NCBI GenBank assembly: GCA_027604505.1
Contig: JADIIX010000031.1
Location: 124,001-181,586 of the forward strand
Direction: 5' to 3'
DNA: 57,586 bases
Origin: Gonapodya sp. JEL0774
Taxonomy: Eukaryota
Under the pieces are notes generated by a model. It saw nothing but the letters and a program-made list of their open reading frames with translations. It was not told the origin of the DNA and made no database searches. Position 1 is the stretch's first letter. Every line of letters begins with the position of its first letter. Of the stretch, positions 37,896 to 50,628 are shown piece by piece. A program made the position numbers and the translations under genes.

Positions 37896-37943
37896 TCAAG
37901 GGGCGGTGTGTCCTGGTTGATCGTGTGACCTCACCCTCAGCTT
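37896..37943 (+). promoter_or_regulatory. Upstream motif shared with the first deacetylase gene
   Basis: TCAAGGGGCGGTG ... CCTCAGCTT, matching 33886-33916. Confidence 0.35.
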
Positions 37944-38048
37944 GAGCGCCGAGGATCGCGCCAAGATGGCCTTCTATGGTGTTTTTTGTACGCCCGTTTG
38001 AAAAACTTTCAAACCCAAAAGTGGAAAGAAACCAGACTCATTCACACC

Positions 38049-41000
38049 ATGAAGCTGTTTCTACTCGCTTTGGTCCCGCTTCTGACCCAGGCGTCGCCGG
38101 TGCCTTCGCTACCGTGCGACCGTGCCGTGGGCTGCGTTGACTTCTCTCCAGTCGCCGATTTGATCCCCATCTTGCCCGTCGGACGAGAGCGAAACGCCGC
38201 GCTTCTCCCTCTCAAGCTCAACGTCTACTCGGACGTTCCCCGCAACCTTGTTGTAGAGGCCTCCACCGAGGATGGGGTGGGTAGTTGCATCACTTCTTGG
38301 CACCGAATCGGATGCATTCCCACACTAAACGGACCTCGATTTATATATCTATTCTCAGCTCTATTTCCTTGGCAAATCTCATGTTCACCGGGTCTCATCT
38401 TCCGCGCATCCGGTACCGGTGGCAGTCGATCTTGCCCGGGTTTGCGCGGAATTGACCGACTTCCTGGAGGGCACTGTTCACGAGTTGAAAATCACCTTGA
38501 AAGCGTGGCTTACTGCAGACGATCCCAACACTGAAGCCACCGTGTTGACCGAAGTGAAAAAAAATGTCGTCGTTGTGAGTACCGGCTTGGTGTCGCTGAT
38601 CTGGTTGGACTGGAACCAACGTGTTGCGTCCTTCCCGGTCTTGGCAAACCTAGACTCGCCCAGTTGTTGGAATTTCAACATTACAACAGCACAGCATTAT
38701 GGAAACAGATGAATCCAAGATGGTCTCTCCCTTGATTAAGCGCCAGCGCTCTTGCGATACCATTCACGCAGCCTACGCAGCAGGTACGTCATCTAAACAC
38801 AAGTCTCAAAGCCTCATGCAATCTGCACACAATCTACTTTTCATATCTGGATGATAGGAACCGCCATGGTGTATCAGGACTTCCTTGACTGGTACACCTG
38901 GAAGTGCAACACGTGGTGAGTACCGGGCAGCCCTTTCACCTGAACGAATGTCTGTCTCAACTCACTCACATGATCTCTTCAAGGTACCCCGGTGGCATTG
39001 GTCGCTCGTGCGACTCTATTTTCGCCGCATACACAGCAGGTTCGTCAATCTAATATACTTGGTCATGCCAGGGAAGACCGAAACCTTCTCACTTATTTGA
39101 ATCGATCCGTGCACGCTCAGGCGTTGCTATGGTAGCTCAAGATTATTCGGACTGGTCAGCATGGAAATGTAGCACATGTGAGTCTCCCGCGACACTTACT
39201 GTGCACCCAGCAAATCCGTGCATCATGCGCAATCCATGTCACTCTGTTAGGGCACCCAAGCGGTATCGGCAGTGGTGGATCCACTCCTCCACCTCCCCCA
39301 CCACCTCCGACCGGCAGCAGCCCCTGCGCGAACGCAGCCAACGGATGTGTCGACACCTCGAGCTTCCCGACTTCCATCTCTGCAACAGCCGGTGGAGGTG
39401 GTGGATACACGTTCAGCTTCCGTGCATCGGCATCCACCCAAAAAGATGTGTTTGTCGAGTTCCGCAAGGTGAGCTCAAAACGTTACTGCGGGAAATGGTC
39501 GTTCCGGTGTACTGACCGCCCGTCCTCCTCGCGACCCCCGGGCCCGTTTCAACTAGAACGGTGTCATCGTCTCGAACTATGCCTACGCCTCGCTCGCTGC
39601 TTCCACAAGCTGGACAACTCTCTCGGTCACGCTCACGTACCCCACACAGACGGTCGGAGGTACATACCAGTTCTTTGTCTGGCTCACTGCCCCGGGTAAA
39701 AGCTGGGCAGGTCAGACGTACAACACCGTACGTCAGATTGCACGTGCTTGGCGTCAAGACCGCGGTACACTCACATTTCTCAACATTGTACATGCCCTCA
39801 GCTCCTCTCCGTAACGCTCAGCGGGGGATCCTCGCCACCTCCTCCGCCTCCTCCCCCACCTTCTGGAAGGGGCGGCAGCGCTGCCGGTGCTTATATCACG
39901 ACATGCAAGACTCCCGGAATGTATGCTCTTACTTTTGACGACGGCCCTTACATGTGAGCTTGCAATCGAGGGCCTGTTTATTTGAGCAGTTTTGTAAGAA
40001 TGACGTATGTATTCCGGAAACCACCAGCTACACTGCAGGTTTGAAATCTATCCTCGCACAGTACGGTATAAAGGCTACTTTCTTCGTGAGTCTACATGGC
40101 AAATTTCTATCGAATGTACCAAAACTTGACACTGAGAATCGCCACAGGTCAATGGGAACAACTGGGCGAGCATTTACGACTACGGGGACCTTCTCCGAGA
40201 CTCCGTCAATCAGGGTCACCAGATTGCCATGCATGGCTGGTAAGAAACGATGCACTTTTTCTTTTGAAAAGATTCAATCGCGATGGAATCTGAGTCTGAT
40301 TTATCGCTGTCACCTTCTTTGCTAGGTCACACTGCGACTTCTTGACCCCCGCCACCTGCCCGTACTACTCCGAGATTGACCAACTCATGACGGCCATTCA
40401 GTCCATCATCGGACGTACCCCGAGCTACTTCCGGTTCCCGTACGGTGACTTTGATTCAGCGGCTCAGAACTACGTGGCGAGCAAAGGACTTCGGGTACGT
40501 CGCAAGGCCGCTTATAATCGTGTTTTACCGCCGTGCTGATCGTATTGTCTTTCTAATGGGATCATGTGAACGAATCTCGGATGATCGTGAATGCAGATCG
40601 TCGGTAAGTGATTGTAGTACCCTATGATGCATTGAAACTGCACCTGCTTACTAGGAACGCTATTTGATTACACGTATAAGGTTGGAACTTGGACACCGAA
40701 GACTGGACCGACGCAGTGAGTGACTTGTTTGCCGCGGGTTTTCTTATTTGGAAGCTTTGGGACTGATCTTTCGGTGAACTCAGAACAAGGCAAACCCGAC
40801 GTTGTCGCTCAACAACGTCCAAAACGCTCTGAACGCGGTCGACAGCTCCTAGTGGGTTACTCTCCCGTCACACTCTGTTTTCCCCAAGTTGTTTCCTCAT
40901 CACTCACATTTTACATCGTATTATTTCTCCCACGCCAGCGCCACGTTTATTCCCCTCGAGCACGACGTGTGGCCCACCACGGCCGGTGCCACATCGAACT

Positions 41001-41098
41001 CGTGGATCTGGGCAGGCCTTTCGTTCATCCAGTCCAAGGGATACCGTTTCGTGACTGTAGCTGAGTGCGACGGTGATCCTTCTGGTGGATACTTTTGA
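38049..41098 (+). CDS. Secreted modular polysaccharide (chitin) deacetylase, CE4/NodB family, paralog 2
   Basis: Signal peptide MKLFLLALVPLLTQA. Motifs TFDDGP, HGWSH, RFPYG, DTEDW, LEHD. Architecture and intron pattern closely follow paralog 1. Confidence 0.95.
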
Positions 41099-42050
41099 GG
41101 AGGTACCGATGGAAATAAAGTACGCAAGGGGGGGGTGATCACGGGATAAACGAGTTCGGCTTTGAATTATACTATTTTGGTCATACAGCTGCTTGTCTTT
41201 GTACTGAAACTGAATTATATATACGTGCCAATTCGCAGATATACCTCCTCGAAACCGTGCAGGAGGGAACCCAACTGCGCGCATGTGACCCGGGTCACAC
41301 TGCGAAAGTGGCAAACGCGACTGGTCTCATTCAACTCCTTTTTGGTCGCAGACAATCCGCGCCCACCAAGGCGTTGTATTAGCTGCAGTCAAGAAAGTGC
41401 GGACAATCTTCCGTGAGATCTTGTTGAGATTTCGAATGAGTTGATCCCCGCATGGTCGTGGTCCCTGGCATTAAAGAACTTTCCAATGTTTCAAACCACG
41501 TACGTATAATAGGATTCACAAGAAGATATAAACTTATAATTCTTTTCCTTGATTCTCCCTGGCAAAACTCAAAAGTAATGTTTCCTGGGAAGTGTGGAGA
41601 TCTTTGGCCTCGTGCGTCCCCGTAGTTGCCAAGATCGAGATCGCCAAGCGTGGGGAACGCTGTTTGTTCTGGTACATAGAGGAATATGGACCGATTTTCA
41701 AGAGCTGCTGGTCTTCCCAAATAGTAATATTGGCCGTCCAGAGCTCATCCTCGTGGCGGAACTCGCCATTGCAGGAGCAGATTGTCATGAACCAAACATG
41801 AGACGTTTGACAGCCAACTTCGTGTACGCTGCAATTCTCTTGGCTGCGAAGTTCAAAAGCTGTTACCGCCTCGAAATGGGGACAAAGGTCTTCCATTTTT
41901 GGAATTGCAGGCCCGCTCAGGCCCGCGGGTCAGGTCGCAACCAATGGAGGCTGTTCCCCCCCAAAAAAGTTCTTGCATTAATCCCGAAACACCGCCCAAA
42001 CTCCGTTCACCCCAGGAGTTTCTTTCGTTGTTCTTGAGGTCTGAAACGGA

Positions 42051-45000
42051 ATGGCTCGCCTCGCCCGTCCCTGGTCGTTTCTGGCCTTTCTCGCTTTGCT
42101 CGGTTTGGTGACCCTCGCGCGATCGGCTCTCGCCGATTGCTCGGGAAACGGCGATTGCGTCAATGTTTCCGACGTTCCTGACCAGCTGCCAGTTACATTG
42201 ACGGGGCAGAGCCGGAACGGAGCCGTGGTACGGCTCCAGCTCAATATCCGGTCAGCAGCCCCTCGAAATCTCGTCCTTCGAGCGACCACCACTGATGGGG
42301 TGAGCAAGATTTGTCAATTGACGATGACTTGTGAACATCAACAGAATGATCCCTTTCTTGTCATATGCGTTACGTGTGGTGCATGTATACCTTCTTCCAA
42401 ATTCGGCCATCGGGAACTTTTGACACAGAACAAAACTTTGGGAGAAGCTCGGCTACACTCGATCCAGTACAGCGATATATCTCCAGTGACTGTAGGCGTA
42501 TCTCTCCGTCCAAATGATGACGCAACGGGCCGTTTTCTCGGTGGGGTGGACACCCAACTGACGCTGACCATCACAGCGTGGCTGGCAACCGACAACCTGG
42601 AATTCGAAACCGACGAAGCCACTAAAGTCCAAAAGACAATCACTGTGGTATGTACCACTGAAACGTTATGCTTCGTTTGAAACAACGGGGCCTGTGTTGC
42701 ATGGGAAGTTTGAAGGGCTGACGTCCGGTCACATTGTTTACTTTTACCTGATATTCACAGACCCGTCCAGCCCCTGTCTCGCGCGAACCCATTAGCATAT
42801 CTAAGTCGTCGAGCTCTTCGAACTTGCGTGCCCGTGCGCCAGCTTCTCCATGCTCTGACGGTGGCGCAGGTGGCTGTGTCGACACCACTCGGCTCGCGTC
42901 ACTGTCATCGAGTGGCGGAACGTTCACGGTGCAAATTTATGCATGGGCACCCACAGCAAAAGACTTGTTTGTTGAAATTCACGACACCGCGACCCAGGCT
43001 TTGCTGTCCAACTATGGCTGGATCTCTGTCCCTGCTGCGACCACGTCATCGTTCGGTCTATACACGGTCTCACTCACTGTTCCTGCGCTTACCGCCGGTC
43101 CATACAACTACTATCTCTGGATGAGTGATCCTGGTGCCGGCTGGGCAGCCCGCTCTTATTCGCAGGTACGTGTGCTCGCGTGCCCCCGCCTGCTTTGAAG
43201 CCGGCAAATTACCAAGACTCACGATGATTCAACACACTACCAGAACGCTGCACTGTCAATCGTCTCGCTCACTTCCCCATGTAGCGGGGGTCAAATCAAC
43301 TGCATCGATACATCTTCCCTCCTTACCACGGTCTCAGCGAATGTCGGCACCTTCACCGTCAATGTCGGTGCATGGTCATCGAAAGCCAAAGATCTGTTCG
43401 TCGAGGTCCACCAAACATCTGATGGCGCCCTCCTCTCCAACTACGGCTTTATCGCGCTCCCCGCGGCGACGGTCTCGTCCTTTTCGACGTATCCAGTTCA
43501 GCTCACAGTCCCCGCGCTGACTCCTGGCGTCGCGTACAACTACTACATATGGATGTCTGATCCAAACGCAGGTTGGGGAGCAAACACCTACTCCATCAAC
43601 GTGCCCATCACTGTCACGCAAAGTTCCAACGCCGTGACCACCACCAAGGCAGCAACCACAACCGCTGCTGCAAAGACCTCGACCAAGATCACGACCAAGA
43701 TCACGACCACCACCGCAGCGCCGAAAATCTCTACCACAACGGCGACACCCAAGGTAACCACAACCACCGCCATAGTTCGGACGTGCGATACCATCTTCGC
43801 TGCCTCCAAAGCAAACACTCTCACAGCCCAAGACGTTGCCGATTGGGCTGCATGGTAAGCTCCGACGATCGAGTGAAACAGGTGTTCCAGCCAAATAGCC
43901 ACATTTTCACCGTAATGTTCGAACGCGTGCTTGTAGGTCCTGCTCGACGTGGTATCCCAGCGGCATCACTCCCTGCACGGGCAATGCTGCGCGCTGCATC
44001 ACTGGTTTTCCTGCAACAGTTCCGCAAACGAAGTCCGTCACCTTCACCGTGAGCGTTTTCTCAATCGCTCGGGAAGACCTCGTCTTTCAAATTCAACAGG
44101 TGAAGAATCCGCGGGTATTCTGGTTGCATCATACGATTTGCATTTGCTCATTGGCTTCGTGTTCTGCAGGCCGGAGTTGCCGCCTCACCTGAATCTCGGT
44201 TGGCTGTTGTCAGTACCTCGGGGGCGTTGGTCCAGCTTACATTCACCCTCACCTACTCCACGACGCTCACAAACTCGCCATACACTCTTGTATGGTACTT
44301 TGCTCCCACTGGCGAGGGCTTCAGTGCCGCAACCATGCAAGGTCAAGCAAGCGTGACCCTCGCTGCCATCACCAGCCCCTGTACCGGAACCAGCACCGGA
44401 GGATGCATCGATACCACAACCTTGCCGCTCTCCGTATCTTACTCGGTTGGAACTATCAACCTGAACATTGGTGCATGGTCCGCGACCAAAAAGGATCTCT
44501 TTGTGCAGCTTCAAAAGTCCGCATCGGCGGTCACCGTTTCCAACTACGGGTACGCAAGTGTGGCTGCTTCTTTGAGCTCGGATTATACATCGTACCTGGT
44601 TACGTTGAATGTGCCGCCGTTGGTGAGATGTGCCGGTTTGTCTGAAATTGGGTTTGATCTGATCGTATTGCCTCCTGTTTTCGTGTCACCTGTAGACAAG
44701 CGGACCTTATCAAATCTTTGTGTGGATGACAGACCCAGGCAAGGGCTGGCCATGTAAGTAACGTTATATACATGTCAACCTTCGCTCTGTTTGTGCTAAT
44801 TGTAATCTTGAAACTACCCGCACTATATTAGCTGTGTCATACCAGTACGTATCATCTGTTACTATCACCGGCATTGTCACTCCGTTGCCCGGCGGCGGTA
44901 GCCCCGCGGGTTCTTACATCGATAGTTGCAAAACGCCTGGTCAATATGGTGGGTGATCTTTGAGACAGCTTCGGGAGACAATAAGTGTCGAGTTATGGAT

Positions 45001-45961
45001 TTCACAACCTCTTTCGTCGTGTCACTTCAGCTCTGACTTTCGATGACGGACCATACATGTCAGTTTGATTCTCATGTCACGAATATCATTGCTTTCGCTT
45101 CCGTCTAACTGCAATTGAAAACTATTGCAGGTACACTGAAGCAGTGAAGACCATCCTGGCCAAGTACAACATCAAAGCGACGTTCTTCATGAACGGTTTC
45201 AACTGGGCGCCTATCACCGATTATAACGCGACGCTCCAGGACTCGATAGCAAAAGGGCACCAGCTTGGAATGCACGGATGGTACGGAGATTTTGTTGTAC
45301 GCCTTTTTGTTCAAGCAGACGGTGTCTTAGTGTTCTGTGTTCTTCTCGGGATCAGGTCCCACTGCGACTTTTTGAATCACGCCAATTGCTCGTACCCTGC
45401 CGAAGTTGATCGCCTCGCTAGCACCATCCACGATATTATCGGAGTATACCCTACCTACTTCCGATTCCCCTACGGTGACTACGATGACCAAGGTCAAGTC
45501 TATGTGGCATCCGAGGGGTACCGGGTGAGTACGGGATAATTTTTATTTGAATAGCGAAAAAGGTCTTCTCGTTTTATTGAAATCGCTACTTTGGTTATTT
45601 TGAATGGCGTAGATTGTCGGATGGAGCATCGATACCCTCGATTACACGGCAGACAATATAGCGAACACCACCCTGTCTCTTCAAAACATCAAGAATGTTC
45701 TCGAGGGTCAAAGCTCTTCAACGTGAGATTTTGTCGCACTCACTTCGTCTCTTGTTACCTTTGTTCACGAGTTCGTCTGTCCACTGCTCATCCTTCTATA
45801 GTTACAGCACCATCAGCTTATCACACGATGTCCACGCAACAACCGCTGCAACCTCCAACGCGTACTTGGAGTCGGCAGTGCAATACATCCTCTCCAAGGG
45901 CTACACTTTTGTGACGGTCGCAGAGTGCGACGGTGACCCATCGGGAGGATATCGGACCTGA
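42051..45961 (+). CDS. Secreted modular polysaccharide (chitin) deacetylase, CE4/NodB family, paralog 3
   Basis: Signal peptide MARLARPWSFLAFLALLGLVTLARSALA. Five beta-rich modules and one Trp/Cys module precede the catalytic domain, which has TFDDGP, HGWSH, RFPYG, DTLDY and LSHD. Confidence 0.95.
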
Positions 45962-46671
45962 GTCAGAAGCTTGCGCGATAACATATTTATAGCTGATCTA
46001 TCCCAAACGTACTCTTGAGACTCGCGAAAAAGCTATCTTCTGCACAACTAGATATTATGTACTACAATAGGAATCTTGATCTCTACGTATACACGTCCAT
46101 CCAGCTGTTCTACTGGAATGTTGGATTGCAGCCAAGCACAGTCTATTACACATGGCACTGAATTCACTCAAATCGTTGTACACAGACTGTGTTTAAGACT
46201 ATGGAGTTGAGAGGACAGCTTTGGAATCTGCACATAGACGAGCGTTGGTATGGAATATGGACGCTCTACACATACATGCCCACTGCGGCGGTCGTGGAAA
46301 CCGATGTATTATTAAATGATTTAGGCCACACCCCATTTACCTTAAAAGCAAGTAAGAAGAGATTCAGAACGATGCTGACCTGTTGAGCTGCAGTGGAAAC
46401 CATTTACTTGAAATAGTGGCTGCAGGCCAACGACAGTTCCTCCGCCCAAAATTACCACGCATGAAAATCTAATAACTCCCTATGGAACAAAGCGCTTAAA
46501 CAAGCTCTTAAGAATGCTCCTTCTGGTAGCGCTCCTACTGAGAAGTGGGGGTTGTGCTGCACTGGAGTGTTGGCACTACGCTCAGCCCAGCCAGTTTTCT
46601 TCTACAGTTTGCCACAACCAACGCACTGTCACCTTTGAACGCACCGTTGCGTTCAATAAGCTCAGTTTCCG

Positions 46672-49600
46672 ATGCCGCCGCCACCTCTTTTGAATGTCGG
46701 GAAAAACAAGCCGGCGAAGACTTCTGCCCCATCGGCGCCAATCGCCGCCGTGGTCGCCCAATCGAAGCCCGCGAAGTCCAAAAAGGCACCAGTCGGCGAG
46801 CCATCCGAGTCATCGGAGACCGACGAGGAGCCTCTTCCCGCGCCAGCTCTCTTGAAGGAGGACAAAGCGGCCAAGAAGAAGGGCGATGCGCTAGGATCTT
46901 CTGTATCGACTGGCACCAAAATGCCAACCAAAACGGTCAAAACCAAGAAGGTTCCACCCACTCCGGCGCCGCCTCCAGCACCCATTCATATTGATAGCAA
47001 CTCCGACGGCAGCAAGGATGATGAGGATAATGAGGATGACGAAGACGACGAGCTAGAGGAGGTTGCGCCTGTTCCGCCTGTGAAGTCTTCGAATCCGACA
47101 AAGGGAAAGGACCACGCAAAGGTTCAAGCCGCGCCAGTCGAGAAACCTAAGGAGAAGAAGAAGAAGCACAAGGAAGGCAAGGCTACCGACGACGACGCAT
47201 CCAATCCGCGCGACAGTAAATTGACAACAGCAACATCAACCGCATCAAACATTGCACCCATACCATCGAAAGTTGCTAAATCAGTGGTGCCGGCGCTTGC
47301 ACAGCACTCACATCCTGCCGAATCGGAGACTGATTTAGTGATCGAAGAGCTGACAGCGAAACTTGCCCAGGCCCAAGCCAAGAAATTGCAGGAATTAGAA
47401 GAACGAGAACAAAGGAAGGAGCAGAGGCGGATGAAAATCCTTAAGGAGATAGCGGTTCTCCTTCCACTAGGTGCATTCACCCTCATCATCAAAGCGGCGT
47501 AAGTTGATGCATCACCGTTCCACATGGGCTTTAAACAGGAACAGGTTTCCGCCACTGTGTAGCGATTCTCATTTGAATGGGGGGTTTTGCTGTTGCTAGC
47601 ATTTTACACCTTCTGATTGAACTTTCTGACTTATTTTCTCAAAATTTTCCATCTCACAATCCAGCGCTGGTATACTCACACCACCCGAGAAGCGAGAATT
47701 CCAAAAGATTGCGGAACTCGTCAAGGTCCTCCCTCACGACGTCGCATATTTGCTGGAAGGTCGAGGTGCTCGCCCCGATGCGGAATGGGAGGAGTTGGCC
47801 GGCATGAACATCGTGGCGCTCCTGAAGCTGTCGGGCCTTCCTGACGATTTCTGGTTGAATACTATGTCGAAGTCGAGTCACACAGCAGACTCTACGTCAT
47901 CCAAGGGATCTTCGACAAAATCCGGCGCCGAAACCGCCAGTAAGGCTTCTAAATCCGGCACCGAAGCAGCCAGCAAGGCTAAATCCAATGCTTCTAAATC
48001 CAACGCCGAAGAAAACATCAAGTTTTCAAAGCCGGGACCAGAAACCACCGACAAGGGGTTGAAAACAGGCATTGAAATATCCAGCAAGACTTCGAAATCC
48101 GGATCTGAAACCGCCAACAAGGCTTCTAGTTCCAAAGTTGCCACCGAGCCAACCGGCAGAACAGCTCCCAAGGCTGCTCCCCAGGCGCTCGTGAGAGGTT
48201 CCACATCCACCGATGCTGCTGAAGGCAAGGGGAAGGCAAAGGCCACCGAGGTCGAGATCACAGCTCCGAAAAAGAGACCTGGCGAGGTATGTCAGAATAG
48301 GACTTTCTCATCACCGGCAGATGAAACCTACTCTAAGAAATTTTGTTATCAGCCTGTTCAAGGCGATGACGATGACGACGACTTCTCTAGACCTATCATG
48401 GCGACAACTAAGAGGCGTAAGGTAATCTTCTCAGATCGGATGAGTTGGCTGTGAATGTGCACTGACGCTGATCCTTGGGTAATTTCTTTGGCCTAAGGTT
48501 GTCGAGAACGACGAGGGCAAAGATATTCCGGTCACTAACAGCAAGAAGCGAAAAGCCGTGAGTGTGTATAATGGTTGTCTCGTCAATGGCAAGTCCACTT
48601 GATGTTTCTCGCCGATGTTCTCTCTGTTTCTCTATAATATTCATGATAGCCCAAGCAGGAGGGAGAGCCCAACCGTCCACCACCCCCTTTCATGGCATTC
48701 AGGAAAGAGTGTGGAATCAAGGACATAAAGGAGGCTTCCGAGAGATGGAAGGTACTCAGCGATGAAGAGAAGAAAGTAAGTAATGTCGTCATTCGAGTGT
48801 AAATCGCGAAGTCAATTTATCGATGTTCCGTTTTTTCATTACCTTCAAGGAATATGAAATGGAATATAAGGAGAAGCTGGACAGGTATAAAGAAGAGAAG
48901 GTTCAGTGGGATGCCGAACACCCGGACACGGTCGTTGAGAAGAAGGCGCGAACAGAGAAGCTATCGAAGGAGAAACCTGAAAAGGCAAGTATCAATTTTC
49001 GAGGTTGAAGTTTACGAAAGCTCACCTAAAGGTTTTCTCCTGTGTGGGACAAAGTATGTTCGGCCCGAAGGAATGCCCAAGCGACCCACCACGGCCTTTT
49101 TCCTTTTCCATAAAAACAAGGGTGGATCTGCCCATGCCGCGGGCGAGATTTGGAAGACTCTCTCTTCGGAAGAGAGATCTGTGAGCATCAACGGGATTCT
49201 TAAAGATGGGTAATCAATGACATTCCGCCGTTTTGGTTGCGATCGACAGGTGTACGAGGCACAAGCAAAAGTGGAAGCAGATCGTTACAAGGAGGAGATC
49301 ATGGCTTGGAAAAAAGAGAACCCGGATGTCGTTGTGACACGCAAAGTACGTTCACGTGGCTGATCCATGGATGCTGTTCATCACATTCAATGATTACAAA
49401 TAGAGAAGGGCAACAAAATTGCACGACGAAAGCAATGCTGAAGAGACGGACGGCGAGCATAAGGTCACTAAGACGAAAAGGGTCAAAAAGGTGCGCAATT
49501 CTGTTTTGTCAGTGTCAGGTGAATAATTATGGACAATCACCCTAAAAATATTCAGGTGTACGCAGTGGATGAACCACATCCCCCACTTAACGCATATTTT

Positions 49601-50122
49601 CTGTACTTGGCAGAAGCCGCGCCAGAGGGTAAGACCCGCAATGACCTTCAAGCGGAGTGGAAGACAATGACGGAAGCGGACAAAAAGGTGAAGATCCGAT
49701 CCGTAGTTCGGATGTTCCAGCGACTGATCTCTTTGCGTGTAGCCTTGGACGGACAGGCACGAAGCACTGCAGAAGGATTTCCAGAAGAAGAAGGCGGAAT
49801 GGGCTGCTAAGCAATCGGGCACTGCCACTGCCGAAGCTGCCGAGGAAGATGAGGATGAAGGCGAGGAAGCAGACGAAGAAGGGGTCGAGGATGAAGACGA
49901 AGACAGCGACACGGATGATGACGATGAGGTGCGTTCAAATATTCAAGCCTGGCGAGCTAGTTTGATTCAATAACCTTGGCTCAACAGTAGGTGGATACTC
50001 CTCAAAACGCGAACAGCAGCGAGCTTATTCGAGGTGCAAATACTTTCAACGCTTTCAAAACGGATTCTGATTCGTCGGGGGATGAGGATGAGTGGAATAT
50101 CGACAAGAGTCAATCGTCGTGA
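46672..50122 (+). CDS. Lys/acidic-rich protein with three HMG boxes and acidic tail
   Basis: Spliced boxes: PNRPPPPFMAFRKE...SERWKVLSDEEKKEY...YKEEKVQW; PKRPTTAFFLF...GEIWKTLSSEERSVY...YKEEIMAW; PHPPLNAYFLY...AEWKTMTEADKKPW...FQKKKAEW. D/E-rich tail; probable stop at 50120-50122. Confidence 0.85.
47918..48127 (+). repeat. Degenerate 33-bp (11-aa) coding repeat, about six copies
   Basis: KSGAETASKAS / KSGTEAASKA / KSNAEENIKFS / KPGPETTDKGL / KTGIEISSKTS / KSGSETANKAS. Confidence 0.75.
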
Positions 50123-50628
50123 CCAAATTGCGAATAGTTCTGCTTTGGTTTCCATTCATGTGTAGTGTCCTTTCTTGGAAGAAAATATATAGTCACGTCA
50201 TCAATAGTTCATCAAACAAAATATGGTACCATGTGAATAAGCAAGGTCTTCTCTCCTGCGCAGGAAAATTTGAATCACAATATCGCGGCGGGTGCAATTT
50301 GGCGGGCGGCGACCTAGTCGCTAACCCTATGAACGTTGCTCGCGGCAATTGACGGACGTGGTTGACGACGAAAGGTTCGCCTTACCCTCCTGATGGCAGC
50401 GTGCTCCGACGCACGCGGTGGAAACGGCCGACCGCCGGACCGGACGACATCCCCGATGAACGGGCACGGTGCCACCGCCAATTGGAGTGTTGCGGACTCA
50501 ATTGAACTGATCATTTTATGTAAAAGCCAGACACCGTAACTCATTTTACTGTTGTTCCAAATCTACAAGGTATAACGGCCAAGATGATATCTCCCGTGGT
50601 GATGGTGCACTCGCGCGTTGGGCGATCA

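Noticed and set aside
41379..42037. Short ORFs between deacetylase paralogs 2 and 3
   Set aside because: No recognisable motif or splice pattern; treated as intergenic/promoter DNA.
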